Shown: piece after piece, positions 1-8,436 of the stretch
Position numbering within the stretch: position 1 is the stretch's first letter
Layout of the letters: every line of letters starts with the position of its first letter
Assembly (NCBI GenBank): GCA_964590575.1
Contig: CAZPWM010000033.1
Coordinates: 1 to 31,699 of the forward strand
Length of the DNA: 31,699 nt
Source: an uncultured archaeon
GTDB lineage: Archaea; Asgardarchaeota; Thorarchaeia; Thorarchaeales; Thorarchaeaceae
Direction of reading: 5' to 3'
The notes under the pieces: generated by a model
Told to the model about the DNA's origin: nothing
Seen by the model: only the letters and a program-made list of their open reading frames with translations
Databases searched by the model: none
Position numbers and translations under genes: made by a program

Positions 1-1
1 G

Positions 2-655
2 GGTTTTGGTGATAAGGGTCAAGATACTCCAGACACTGATCGTATGATACTACAATGGGTATCGCTTCATGAAAAAGATCGACTCCAGGTTCCATGGGCG
101 ACCGTGGAGTACGATACTGCATTCAAAACAATAGTTCCCCATTTTGAACGAAAACCAGGTCTTGTTTCAGGAGCCCGTAGAAATCAGATATCAGTAGAGA
201 GGACATTTGCTAAAGCTTATTTTCAGCTCTGTCAAGCAGCTTCTGATCCCAAACTTAGGAGTAATGTATTACTCTATGATAGACTGATTTACCCTGAGTT
301 CGATAATGGAACGAAGCAATTAACAACACTCCATCATGATTATGAAAATAGGCCAGATAGCCCAGAACCTGTAGAAGTTGTGTTCTATGAGGGTGTTAAC
401 AATCCAATTCAGTCATTCATCCTGCCTCTCTTTGAAGCAATGACAAGTATGAGTATACCTGAACTCTTTGGTCATCTGAAACCACTTTACATAGCAGACA
501 AAGTGGCAAAATATTACTGGGGTCAGTTCAAGGGAATGGTCGAGAGCGCAGGAATCTGGTTAATCAATCGTCCTGATTTGAGAGAGTTTCTATTTTATCT
601 GAGTAGTTTTAGAGAACGGAGGTCTAGTGTTGAGCAATCAAGAAGAACGCAGTAA
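2..655 (+). CDS. nurA: NurA-family 5'-3' nuclease, C-terminal part (5' end outside window)
   Basis: The frame is open from position 2 (GFGDKGQDTPDTDRMILQW..., with a NurA-like TDRxxL). The C-terminal GHLKPLYIADKVAK matches the NurA GYPxPLxxAH/DxxAK motif. It overlaps a downstream HerA gene. Confidence 0.8.
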   Translation, partial: GFGDKGQDTPDTDRMILQWVSLHEKDRLQVPWATVEYDTAFKTIVPHFERKPGLVSGARRNQISVERTFAKAYFQLCQAASDPKLRSNVLLYDRLIYPEFDNGTKQLTTLHHDYENRPDSPEPVEVVFYEGVNNPIQSFILPLFEAMTSMSIPELFGHLKPLYIADKVAKYYWGQFKGMVESAGIWLINRPDLREFLFYLSSFRERRSSVEQSRRTQ

Positions 656-2546
656 GCGGAAATTATTCACAGACTTTGAAGGAACATTTGAAGGAAGGCT
701 TGCTCGGGTAGTTCCGGTCGCAGCCAACTATTCTTCTGAATGGTCGGGATCTGCAGCAAGATACGATTGCAGAATCAAGATTCGCTATAACAAGGAGCTG
801 ATAGCACAACTCGAAGAAGGAATGCTACTGGCAGTCAAGAATTTCAGAGGGCAATCAAAGAGGGCAATGAAGGAAGGGATTGAAAGATATACTGTGATGG
901 TAATCAGCAAAGTCTGGCCGCTTCACTACGGTCTCGGCGGAGTCAGTGACAGTCACTATTTCCCACTTCAGATGGAGATAATCGAGCAATCGGTTCCGGA
1001 TTGGTCTACAGATGACCAGGCTACAATGATGGTACACATGAATGCAGTCCCAATCAACTATGATCTTGTCATAAACAAGAAGGGAGAGATAGAGTTCAGG
1101 AAGGGATTTTCATACCCACTCATTGGTGAGAAAGCATATGTCATCGATATGGAAACAGTCGACCTCATCTACAATGACAAAGTGAAGAAGGCAATGGGAT
1201 TTCATAAGAAGACATCATCTGCAGACCCTAGGACAGACCCTCGTGTAGGCGTGTTGAGAATGTTCATGGAGTCTGGTCATGAGGTGCCAATCTACGTTGA
1301 TCTGACTAAGCTTGTTCGATATCATTTTGGGGTCTTCAGTTTCACAGGTGGAGGGAAGAGTAACCTTCTCTCGAACCTATTCAGACGTATCTTATACCAT
1401 GATAAAGACGCAAAGCTTGTGATATTCGATATAAGTTGTGAATATCCATTCCTTCTCAGCGATGTATTCATGGACTCTAAGATACCAAGTGTTATTGTGC
1501 TTGAAGATGAAGCTAAGACACCTGAGCAATTTGCTCGTTCAATTGTCAAACCAAGAGATTTTGAAGAGGATGACAAAGCCAACGAGGTCTTGAAAGAAAT
1601 CTATGACACAGGAAAAGTGACCTTCTACAACAGACCTTTGACTCAAGTACCAACCTTTAGCAGTCTGCTCCAAGAAGCGAGGACGCTTCGTTCAGAGAGC
1701 TCGACTCGACCGAACTATGTTCAAGCAATCGATGCAATAATGGACTTCATAGCTAGGTTCGCTGAGAAAGAGGGCAAATCTGAGCATGATGAGATTGATA
1801 ATGACTTTATAGACAAACTTGATTCACTGGCGACACAAGCAATGGAGACCTTCAAGGTTAATGAGAAAGCTGCAGTTTATGCGTGGGCGACAACCAGGTC
1901 TACACTGAAGGGAGTGCTTTCGCGAGCTCAAAACGCAAAACTAAGCGGGATCACTGTGAAGGACCTGATGAAGAAACTTAGCGGACCTGAAAGAGTTGTG
2001 TGTATCTCCATCGCAGACCCAGATACTCTGAGAGACCTCGTAATCAAATTAACCAGTGCTGCACTTCGTCATAGGAAGAGGAGTTTTGAAATCAAACCCC
2101 AAATTCTATTTGTATTTGATGAAGCACAAGAGTTCATCCCTTCAAATGCAAGTGGACATCTTGGGCAATGTAGTGCAGCGGTGGAGCGACTTCTTAGACA
2201 AGGAAGAAAGTATGGGCTTGGAGGTGCAATCGCTACTCAGAGAATTGCATATCTGAACACAAATATCATGCAGCAACTCCATACCTTCTTTGTTGGTACT
2301 CTACCAAGACCATATGATAGAACTGTTGTGAGTAGCTCTTTCCAGATCGACCTCAGTATCCTTGACAAAACCCTTGAATTTCCGCCAGGGTCATGGCTCC
2401 TCTCGAGTTATATTGCAACAGGACTCGATAGTGTTCCTGTATTTGTGAAGGCTGATAACTCAGAGGATGTCCTGAAAGAATATGTTGAGTCAATAGCCAA
2501 GAAGAAAGCCTCCAAGGGTGATTCTAAGCAGACAAAACAAGCCTAA
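627..2546 (+). CDS. herA: HerA/FtsK-family (DUF87) DNA translocase/helicase ATPase
   Basis: N-terminal beta-rich HAS-barrel-like region; Walker A HFGVFSFTGGGKS; Walker B ILFVFDEAQEF; arginine finger RQGRKYGLG; sensor ATQR; adjacent to nurA. Confidence 0.88.
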   Translation: MLSNQEERSKRKLFTDFEGTFEGRLARVVPVAANYSSEWSGSAARYDCRIKIRYNKELIAQLEEGMLLAVKNFRGQSKRAMKEGIERYTVMVISKVWPLHYGLGGVSDSHYFPLQMEIIEQSVPDWSTDDQATMMVHMNAVPINYDLVINKKGEIEFRKGFSYPLIGEKAYVIDMETVDLIYNDKVKKAMGFHKKTSSADPRTDPRVGVLRMFMESGHEVPIYVDLTKLVRYHFGVFSFTGGGKSNLLSNLFRRILYHDKDAKLVIFDISCEYPFLLSDVFMDSKIPSVIVLEDEAKTPEQFARSIVKPRDFEEDDKANEVLKEIYDTGKVTFYNRPLTQVPTFSSLLQEARTLRSESSTRPNYVQAIDAIMDFIARFAEKEGKSEHDEIDNDFIDKLDSLATQAMETFKVNEKAAVYAWATTRSTLKGVLSRAQNAKLSGITVKDLMKKLSGPERVVCISIADPDTLRDLVIKLTSAALRHRKRSFEIKPQILFVFDEAQEFIPSNASGHLGQCSAAVERLLRQGRKYGLGGAIATQRIAYLNTNIMQQLHTFFVGTLPRPYDRTVVSSSFQIDLSILDKTLEFPPGSWLLSSYIATGLDSVPVFVKADNSEDVLKEYVESIAKKKASKGDSKQTKQA

Positions 2547-3266
2547 TCATTTAGAACCCATAGACCGGATTTCTTCAACGTCATGAGTTTCAGCTAGATC
2601 TCCGAACAAATGTCCTGATCGTTTTGCTTTGGTTTCAATATACGCTCTGCTATACTCAGTTGGTTCAATAATAAGTGGAAGACGTTCAATGATTTTGATA
2701 CCTGCATCGGTCAGTTGACGAATCTTCTCAGGATTATTAGTTAGCAGCTTGATAGATTTCACTTGCAAGTTATTTAGAATATTAGCTGCAATCCCATAAT
2801 CGCGCTGATCAGGCTTGTATCCAAGGTGAATGTTTGCATCGATCGTATCAAAACCCAAATCCTGTAGGGCATATGCTCTGATTTTCCCAGTAAGCCCGAT
2901 GTTGCGGCCCTCTTGTCGAAGGTAGAGAAGAACGCCCTCCTGCTCGTTCTCGATAATCTTCAGAGACTCCAATAATTGGTCCCGGCAGTCACACCTTTGG
3001 CTACCCATCACGTCTCCGGTCAAACATTCAGAATGAACTCGAGTAACTACGCCTTCTTTTCCTACAATATCGCCTTTGATGATAGCTGTGTGCTCTTTTC
3101 CATCACAAGGACTGACGAAACCGGCAATCTGAAACTCTCCAAATCTGGTAGGGAGGTTAGCAACTGCCACCAATTGAACACAACATTCGTCTGTTGTACA
3201 GACTTGTTTCTCACTTGCATCCAGCAATAAATCGATTTGTTCCTTCGAGAGTTTCATTTCAACCAC
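2547..3266 (-). CDS. ribA: GTP cyclohydrolase II (riboflavin/F420 pyrimidine precursor synthesis); start may be ATG at 3257
   Basis: LPTRFGEF; RVHSECLTGDVMGSQRCDC (Zn-binding Cys); YLRQEGRNIGL; KIRAYALQD; RDYGIAANIL; LLTNNPEK; C-terminal KAKRSGHL. Confidence 0.95.
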   Translation of the reverse strand: MVEMKLSKEQIDLLLDASEKQVCTTDECCVQLVAVANLPTRFGEFQIAGFVSPCDGKEHTAIIKGDIVGKEGVVTRVHSECLTGDVMGSQRCDCRDQLLESLKIIENEQEGVLLYLRQEGRNIGLTGKIRAYALQDLGFDTIDANIHLGYKPDQRDYGIAANILNNLQVKSIKLLTNNPEKIRQLTDAGIKIIERLPLIIEPTEYSRAYIETKAKRSGHLFGDLAETHDVEEIRSMGSK

Positions 3267-3347
3267 GAGACTGCAATTTTTACTTCTTGATATACCTTTT
3301 CAAAGTACTAAATCCGGCATTGCTAAATAGTACCAAAACTCAATCAA

Positions 3348-4445
3348 TTGAAATCGTTTCACGAGGGAATTACATTGAAGAGAGACCATAAGGCTGCTGT
3401 AGAAAAAAGTCAAGCATGGCTCAAAGAGAATACCAAGCGCTATGCATTCAAGAAATTAGAGAGAGAAATAATCCAAACAGGCGCGTGCGTGGAATGCGGT
3501 TCATGTGTTGCAGGTTGCCCTGTGGAGGCTATTACTGGAGAGCGTATTGAGAGTAAATACATCCCCACATTGACTGGCAAATGTATTGCATGCGGAACAT
3601 GTTATGCTATGTGTCCAAGAACCGCTATTCTGGAGAAGGACATCATTGGCGAATATAGCAGTGTCTGGAAGGTGAAAGCCCTTGATGATCATAAACGACA
3701 GGATGGAGGCGCGGTCACAGCGATTCTGGGAATAATGCTTGAGAAGAAAATGATAGAGGCAGCAATAATGGTCAGTCACTCTGATGAAAATCTCTGGCTA
3801 CCTAGAGCGAAAAAAGTCACTTCAAAGGAAGAACTGTTAGCTTCTGGAGGGACATTCTATACACATGCTCAGGTCATAGAGCAAATGATGAACTGCTTCA
3901 AAGAGAACCTTTCAAACATCGCAGTTGTTGGAACTGCATGTAATATTGACGCTGTACATCGATTGCAATCGCATCCAGCAGGTATTTTCAATATTAATCC
4001 AGAACCACCCACTGCCTTCAAAGTAAGTCTGTTCTGTATGGAGTCATTTGATTACCAAGGGCTCGGTAGTTTCCTAAAGAAAGAGGGCATCGATATCAAG
4101 AAAGTGGATAGGTTTGCTATTGCTAAAGGAGAGTTCATGGTAACGGTTGATGGTGAAACAAAGAATTGGCCAATTAAAGACTTAGACTATATCGCTTCTT
4201 CTTCATGCGCATATTGCACAGACCTGACAGGGATGAATTCGGACCTTTCTTGTGGTAATATTGGCTCTGACGAGGGATGGACAACAGTGATTGCTCGAAG
4301 CAAGAAGGGAGAGCAAGCATTGGAGCTGGCAATAAAGGAAGGAACAGTTGAAGCTGAAAAGTTAGACGAAAATGCACTCCAAGCAGTGATTAACACCGCT
4401 CGCTCCAAGATGAACAAGAGGTTCAAATTAGAGGCAGCTCATTAG
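3348..4445 (+). CDS. Coenzyme F420 hydrogenase/dehydrogenase beta-subunit family protein (FrhB/FqoF-like) with N-terminal 2x[4Fe-4S] ferredoxin domain
   Basis: Ferredoxin motifs CVECGSCVAGCP and CIACGTCYAMCP; FrhB motifs QDGGAVT, VGTACNIDA, LFCMESF, CAYCTDLT..SDLSCGNIGS..GWTTVIARS. Confidence 0.88.
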   Translation: MKSFHEGITLKRDHKAAVEKSQAWLKENTKRYAFKKLEREIIQTGACVECGSCVAGCPVEAITGERIESKYIPTLTGKCIACGTCYAMCPRTAILEKDIIGEYSSVWKVKALDDHKRQDGGAVTAILGIMLEKKMIEAAIMVSHSDENLWLPRAKKVTSKEELLASGGTFYTHAQVIEQMMNCFKENLSNIAVVGTACNIDAVHRLQSHPAGIFNINPEPPTAFKVSLFCMESFDYQGLGSFLKKEGIDIKKVDRFAIAKGEFMVTVDGETKNWPIKDLDYIASSSCAYCTDLTGMNSDLSCGNIGSDEGWTTVIARSKKGEQALELAIKEGTVEAEKLDENALQAVINTARSKMNKRFKLEAAH

Positions 4446-4471
4446 AATTAACCATGAAAAGAAATGGAGTG

Positions 4472-4490
4472 AGTGGGAATCCCTCCCACT
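4472..4490 (-). terminator. Stem-loop between convergent genes, probable terminator/3' stabilising hairpin
   Basis: AGTGGGA-atccc-TCCCACT perfect 7-bp inverted repeat. On the minus strand it is followed by a pyrimidine/U-rich run (ccatttcttttc). Confidence 0.5.
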
Positions 4491-4503
4491 ATACTAAATC
4501 AAT

Positions 4504-4629
4504 CTAACGTCTCCTCATACATACCACAGCAGCCACAATGACTACTCCCGCAACTCTTGCTCCAGCAATGAGCAGAGTCGTATCAATCGGGGGAAGTGGT
4601 GTTCCACCGTTGGTTAATTGTCTGAACGG
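4504..4629 (-). pseudogene. Orphan C-terminal membrane-anchor coding remnant (41 codons + TAG), in frame behind the TGA of the 585-aa surface protein
   Basis: Manual translation PFRQLTNGGTPLPPIDTTLLIAGARVAGVVIVAAVVCMRRR*: Pro/Gly/Thr linker, hydrophobic helix and basic tail, with no start codon/SD of its own. Confidence 0.6.
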
Positions 4630-6387
4630 TCACCGAGTTCGTGTTCTGAAGTACAGAACAAGGATCACCAATAGAGAGAGCGAGCCTAGAATAATCACTC
4701 CAGCATAGAGTAGAGCTGGAGCTCCTTCTATTCCCTGGCTTGTGATTTCGACAGAAATCCACCCAGTATCGTATTCAAGTGGAGTAGTTGCATTATCATG
4801 TGCAACGACTTTGAACCAGACTTCAACTCCAAATTGGTACTCACCTAGTGCTGAAACAAAGATGTTTTCAATCTCTGATTGATTCATATCGTTTGTTTCA
4901 AACTCAAAATCAACATCATCGGGATTCCCAATACCCCATTGGACTTCAATACTGCTGATGTTGTTCAGGTCCCATGCATATGCTTGAACACTCAGGTTGT
5001 TTGTGCTTACTGTTGAGAACGTTTGAAACACTCTAACTTGTGCCACTATAGGTACATGTGCATCAGGAGTGACTTCAACCTGAATCAGGGAGAAAGCACT
5101 CTGATTGAAGAAATCAGTGTAGGTCATATTATAGAGATAAACACCGACATGGAATCGATCCACATCTAGTACATATCCTTCTCCTGTCCAAGTGCCATTA
5201 TCGTACACCTCGCTATCAAGTGTGAGATTGAAGGACTTCGGATTGTTTTCTTCAATTGTCCAATTGATGCTATATCCAGTGTACCCCTCTTCGTATGAAA
5301 GATCACCAGATGATGTTATAATCGGTGCACGTACATCTCGATAAACAGTGACATTAACAGAATCGTTTGTCATTCTATCAAAGTCATCAAAGAGAGTAAG
5401 AGTGACTGTATAGTTGCCAAGGAAGAAACCATCAACTGATACTGTAATATCCTCACCATCAGGGTCAGAAAATGTCCAAGCAGGCTCTATTACATCTATG
5501 AACGTATGAAACTCAATTACATTACCATAAGTTGTATCATTGTAGTGAATCATGGCAGTGATTGTGTAATTCTTAGGATTGCTGTCATATGCATGCCATA
5601 GAATCTCATATCCCTCAGCACCGAACTCGTAAGCAATATCCTCAGGAGATGTTATGGTTGGTGAAGATGCATCGGGTACAACTGTGACATTCACATAGTT
5701 TGTCGCATTTCGGCCAAATGTATCATTCACGAATAGTGAGTAGAGATACCATCGAGAAGCGTTGAGACCATCTACATTAATGGTGATATTATTACCATCC
5801 CAAGGACCAGATTCTAGGACAGTAGCATTATTCTGAGGCTCATTGGAGGTTCTAGTGATGTTGTAGAAATCAGGATTTGATTCAGTAATATTCCAACGAA
5901 TTTCATGTCCAAAGCTTCCAACCTCATATGTTATGTTAGCAGGTTGAGCAATAATAGGCGCTGTTTCATCTAAGATGATTGTGATTGTGGTGGTTACAAA
6001 AGCACTCTCGCCTTCATTATTATAGACTGTACATATCATTGTAAGGATTTTTGGGAGTGCATCAACCAAATTGTCGCGATAGAGCCACGCGAGGTACACA
6101 GTGATGTCATTGCCAGTCCAAACTCCAGAATCTAGCACGTGGCCATCAACAGTCACGGTGAAGTTCTTTGGATTTGGATCACTAGCATGATATACAATAA
6201 TGTGAGGCTTTGTCCCATTCTCAAACTGGTATGTGCTAGGTCCAGAAATGGTGGGAGCTGCTAGCGCCATTGTAGCAATCGGACTATATGATTTCCCGAT
6301 ATTGCCTACTGTGAAGACATATGGAGAAAGTACAAGCCATGCCAGTATGAAAGTGATTGCAATATTGCGGCGATCTAGTGTAACCAT
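4630..6387 (-). CDS. Secreted, C-terminally membrane-anchored surface protein with four tandem Ig-like (~95-110 aa) repeats
   Basis: N-terminal signal-like hydrophobic segment; repeats D..(A/S)P.I..P..(I/L).YE.G..G..I.W...(D/E).NP..(Y/F)...G.W.G..IT..VDG; many NxS/T sequons; C-terminal TM helix + RTRTR. Confidence 0.85.
   Translation of the reverse strand: MVTLDRRNIAITFILAWLVLSPYVFTVGNIGKSYSPIATMALAAPTISGPSTYQFENGTKPHIIVYHASDPNPKNFTVTVDGHVLDSGVWTGNDITVYLAWLYRDNLVDALPKILTMICTVYNNEGESAFVTTTITIILDETAPIIAQPANITYEVGSFGHEIRWNITESNPDFYNITRTSNEPQNNATVLESGPWDGNNITINVDGLNASRWYLYSLFVNDTFGRNATNYVNVTVVPDASSPTITSPEDIAYEFGAEGYEILWHAYDSNPKNYTITAMIHYNDTTYGNVIEFHTFIDVIEPAWTFSDPDGEDITVSVDGFFLGNYTVTLTLFDDFDRMTNDSVNVTVYRDVRAPIITSSGDLSYEEGYTGYSINWTIEENNPKSFNLTLDSEVYDNGTWTGEGYVLDVDRFHVGVYLYNMTYTDFFNQSAFSLIQVEVTPDAHVPIVAQVRVFQTFSTVSTNNLSVQAYAWDLNNISSIEVQWGIGNPDDVDFEFETNDMNQSEIENIFVSALGEYQFGVEVWFKVVAHDNATTPLEYDTGWISVEITSQGIEGAPALLYAGVIILGSLSLLVILVLYFRTRTR
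5071..6258 (-). repeat. Four degenerate protein-level tandem Ig-like domain repeats
   Basis: Repeat starts APTISGPSTYQFENG / DETAPIIAQPANITYEVG / DASSPTITSPEDIAYEFG / DVRAPIITSSGDLSYEEG, each with an NP motif and a W(T/D)-containing motif. Confidence 0.8.
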
Positions 6388-6426
6388 CTGACCAACTTCC
6401 TATTGTAGCCTGTATTGGCCTTGTTG

Positions 6427-6457
6427 ACCGCTCGAACTTCTTAGAGCGGTTTTATAC
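6427..6457 (-). promoter_or_regulatory. Putative TATA box with abutting 7-bp inverted repeat (operator-like) upstream of the surface-protein gene
   Basis: ACCGCTC-N10-GAGCGGT (6427-6450) directly adjacent to TTTTATA (TATAAAA on the minus strand). Confidence 0.4.
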
Positions 6458-6591
6458 CCTTCGGTATTAATGAATCAGTATTGCATCAACAGAGGATATT
6501 CGTATGGCATAGGCTGATAAGATAGGATGTCAGTTGAAAACTTAACCAGCTCTGTCTAAAACGGGACTAACAAGACATTGGGGAACCAAAG

Positions 6592-7506
6592 GTGCCTAAG
6601 GCAATTCACTCGATATGGTGGGATGACATACTCGGCCCCTCGGTCGGACGGTCATTTCCTGAAACAGAAGTATTGACTGGCGAAGAAGCGCTAATTGTTT
6701 TCATGGGACATGGAGTAAATCGGGAAGCAGAAGTGGGATATTCGAAATTACCACGAGGATTAGTTATTTCTTACATGAAACCACCCAACTGTATTGCTAT
6801 CCTTTTAGACGAAGAAGATAACACACCTGCCATCGAACGTAATGTTCTTCGACTTGTGAAGTATATTGATTTCAACAGCGATGAGTGGGACAGTGAGCTT
6901 CAACGAGCATTTGAATTGCTCAATGAATTAATAGATGAAACAAGTGGTGCAGAGCTTCTTACAAATCCAGGAGTGATGAAACTTGTTGAGGACATTTCAA
7001 ACTCTCGTGTTTCTGCAATTACGCCAAAACATGTACTTCGTGCATCAGTCAGATATCCAGAGGCCTATGACTACCTTGGTTTAGATGATGATGAAGTAGT
7101 TAGAATGTTGAAAGATCTTGAGGATGAGAAGATTCTTGAATCACGCACATACGGGCGACGTGTGGAGTGTAGGCAATGTGGTGATTCTGATCTCACAATA
7201 GAGCTTCTCTGTCCACGTTGTGACTCCGCTGATATTCACAAAGTATACACACTCTTTTGCCCAAAATGCAGTAATCAGTTCCATGCGGTTTTGGAGGATG
7301 ATATTGCTGAAGTCACTTGTTTGAGCTGTAAGGAACCTCTAAAAGTTGGTGAGCTTGCAATTCTCGATGTAGAGCCCTTATGCAATCAGTGTGGGACTGC
7401 TTCCAATGACCCAAGAATCGTTTTTCGATGTGCAACCTGTGGAAAGCATTTGCGAGGGGCAGATCTTCTAGCAGGCACGGGTTTGGCATATTATCCAAAA
7501 GGATGA
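6592..7506 (+). CDS. uDENN/longin-like N-terminal domain + TackOD1-like winged-helix/multi-zinc-ribbon domain protein
   Basis: N-terminal IHSIWWDDILGPSVGRSFP resembles the uDENN/NPR2-type (F/W)(D/H)xxxGPxxxxxP start. The C-terminal half has YP...L..LE...IL followed by six CxxC pairs (CRQC, CPRC, CPKC, CLSC, CNQC, CATC), as in TackOD1. Confidence 0.65.
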   Translation: MPKAIHSIWWDDILGPSVGRSFPETEVLTGEEALIVFMGHGVNREAEVGYSKLPRGLVISYMKPPNCIAILLDEEDNTPAIERNVLRLVKYIDFNSDEWDSELQRAFELLNELIDETSGAELLTNPGVMKLVEDISNSRVSAITPKHVLRASVRYPEAYDYLGLDDDEVVRMLKDLEDEKILESRTYGRRVECRQCGDSDLTIELLCPRCDSADIHKVYTLFCPKCSNQFHAVLEDDIAEVTCLSCKEPLKVGELAILDVEPLCNQCGTASNDPRIVFRCATCGKHLRGADLLAGTGLAYYPKG

Positions 7507-7561
7507 ACCGTAACAGTTTTGTCGAGGGTTGCGCAGCCTAACAGAGGAGTGAGTTGACAAA

Positions 7562-8428
7562 ATGTCAGATTCTATAATCAATGTCGGTGTTATCAAGCTC
7601 GGTGCCATTGCCTCCGCACCTCTTCTTGATCTAATATTCGATGAACGCGCAGAACGCGATGATATCAATGTTCGAGCTTTCACAAGTGGTGCAAAGATGG
7701 ATGAGGAATCCAGTAAAGGACCAGCGAACTCAGTCATTGCTTGGGCCCCTCACCTTGTCCTGGTGGTAAGTCCAAATGCAGCTTTGCCAGGACCCACCAA
7801 AGTGAGAGAGATGCTGGCTGAAGCTAAACTTCCTACAATCTCCATCTCAGATGGGCCAGCAGAAAAAGCCTTTTACCAAAAAAATGAAGAGGGAAAAAAG
7901 AAACCGCAAGTTCTTGATAAACAAGGTTTCATTGTAATTCCAGCTGATTCGATGATTGGAGCTAAGAAAGAGTTCCTAGACCCAACAGAGATGTCATTGT
8001 TCAATGCTGACGCAATCAAAGTCCTCTCAATTACGGGAGTCACGAGAGCAATTCAGAATGAACTTGACAAAGTAGTTGCAGCCTTCCAAGCTGGAGAAAC
8101 TCCTGAAATGCCTAAACTGAAGCTAACAGCAGAAAAAGCTGTAAACTTTGGATACTTCAGGAATCCGTACGCTAAGGTCAAGGCAATTGCGGCTCTTACC
8201 ATATCAGAAGCAGTAGCAGAGATTACATCAAGGGGATGCTTCAAGACAAAAGAGGCGGAAGATTATATTCCCTTGGTTGCAGCTGGGCACGAGATGATGA
8301 GAGCGGCAGCAAAACTTGCTGATGAAATCCGAGAGCTTGAGAAGACTGAAGATGCAGTATTGAGAAATCCACACGTTTCTAAAGGGAAAGTGAAAACAAA
8401 GACAGCTCTAATGGACAAACCGAAGTAG
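7562..8428 (+). CDS. mtd: F420-dependent methylene-tetrahydromethanopterin dehydrogenase
   Basis: IKLGAIAS..LDLIFDERAERDDI..FTSGAKM; SPNAALPGP; ADSMIGAKKEFLDPTEMSLFNAD; NPYAKVKAIAA; AAGHEMMRAAAKLADEIRELEK. Confidence 0.95.
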   Translation: MSDSIINVGVIKLGAIASAPLLDLIFDERAERDDINVRAFTSGAKMDEESSKGPANSVIAWAPHLVLVVSPNAALPGPTKVREMLAEAKLPTISISDGPAEKAFYQKNEEGKKKPQVLDKQGFIVIPADSMIGAKKEFLDPTEMSLFNADAIKVLSITGVTRAIQNELDKVVAAFQAGETPEMPKLKLTAEKAVNFGYFRNPYAKVKAIAALTISEAVAEITSRGCFKTKEAEDYIPLVAAGHEMMRAAAKLADEIRELEKTEDAVLRNPHVSKGKVKTKTALMDKPK

Positions 8429-8436
8429 AAGTACAA

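Noticed and set aside
4446-4503. Possible SECIS element supporting UGA-Sec read-through of the surface protein or FrhB-like gene
   Set aside because: Only a 7-bp hairpin. The ATGA...GA on the + strand does not enclose a proper stem and is on the wrong strand for the surface protein. The FrhB-like gene has no in-frame TGA, and the TGA at 4630 is not in a redox-motif context.
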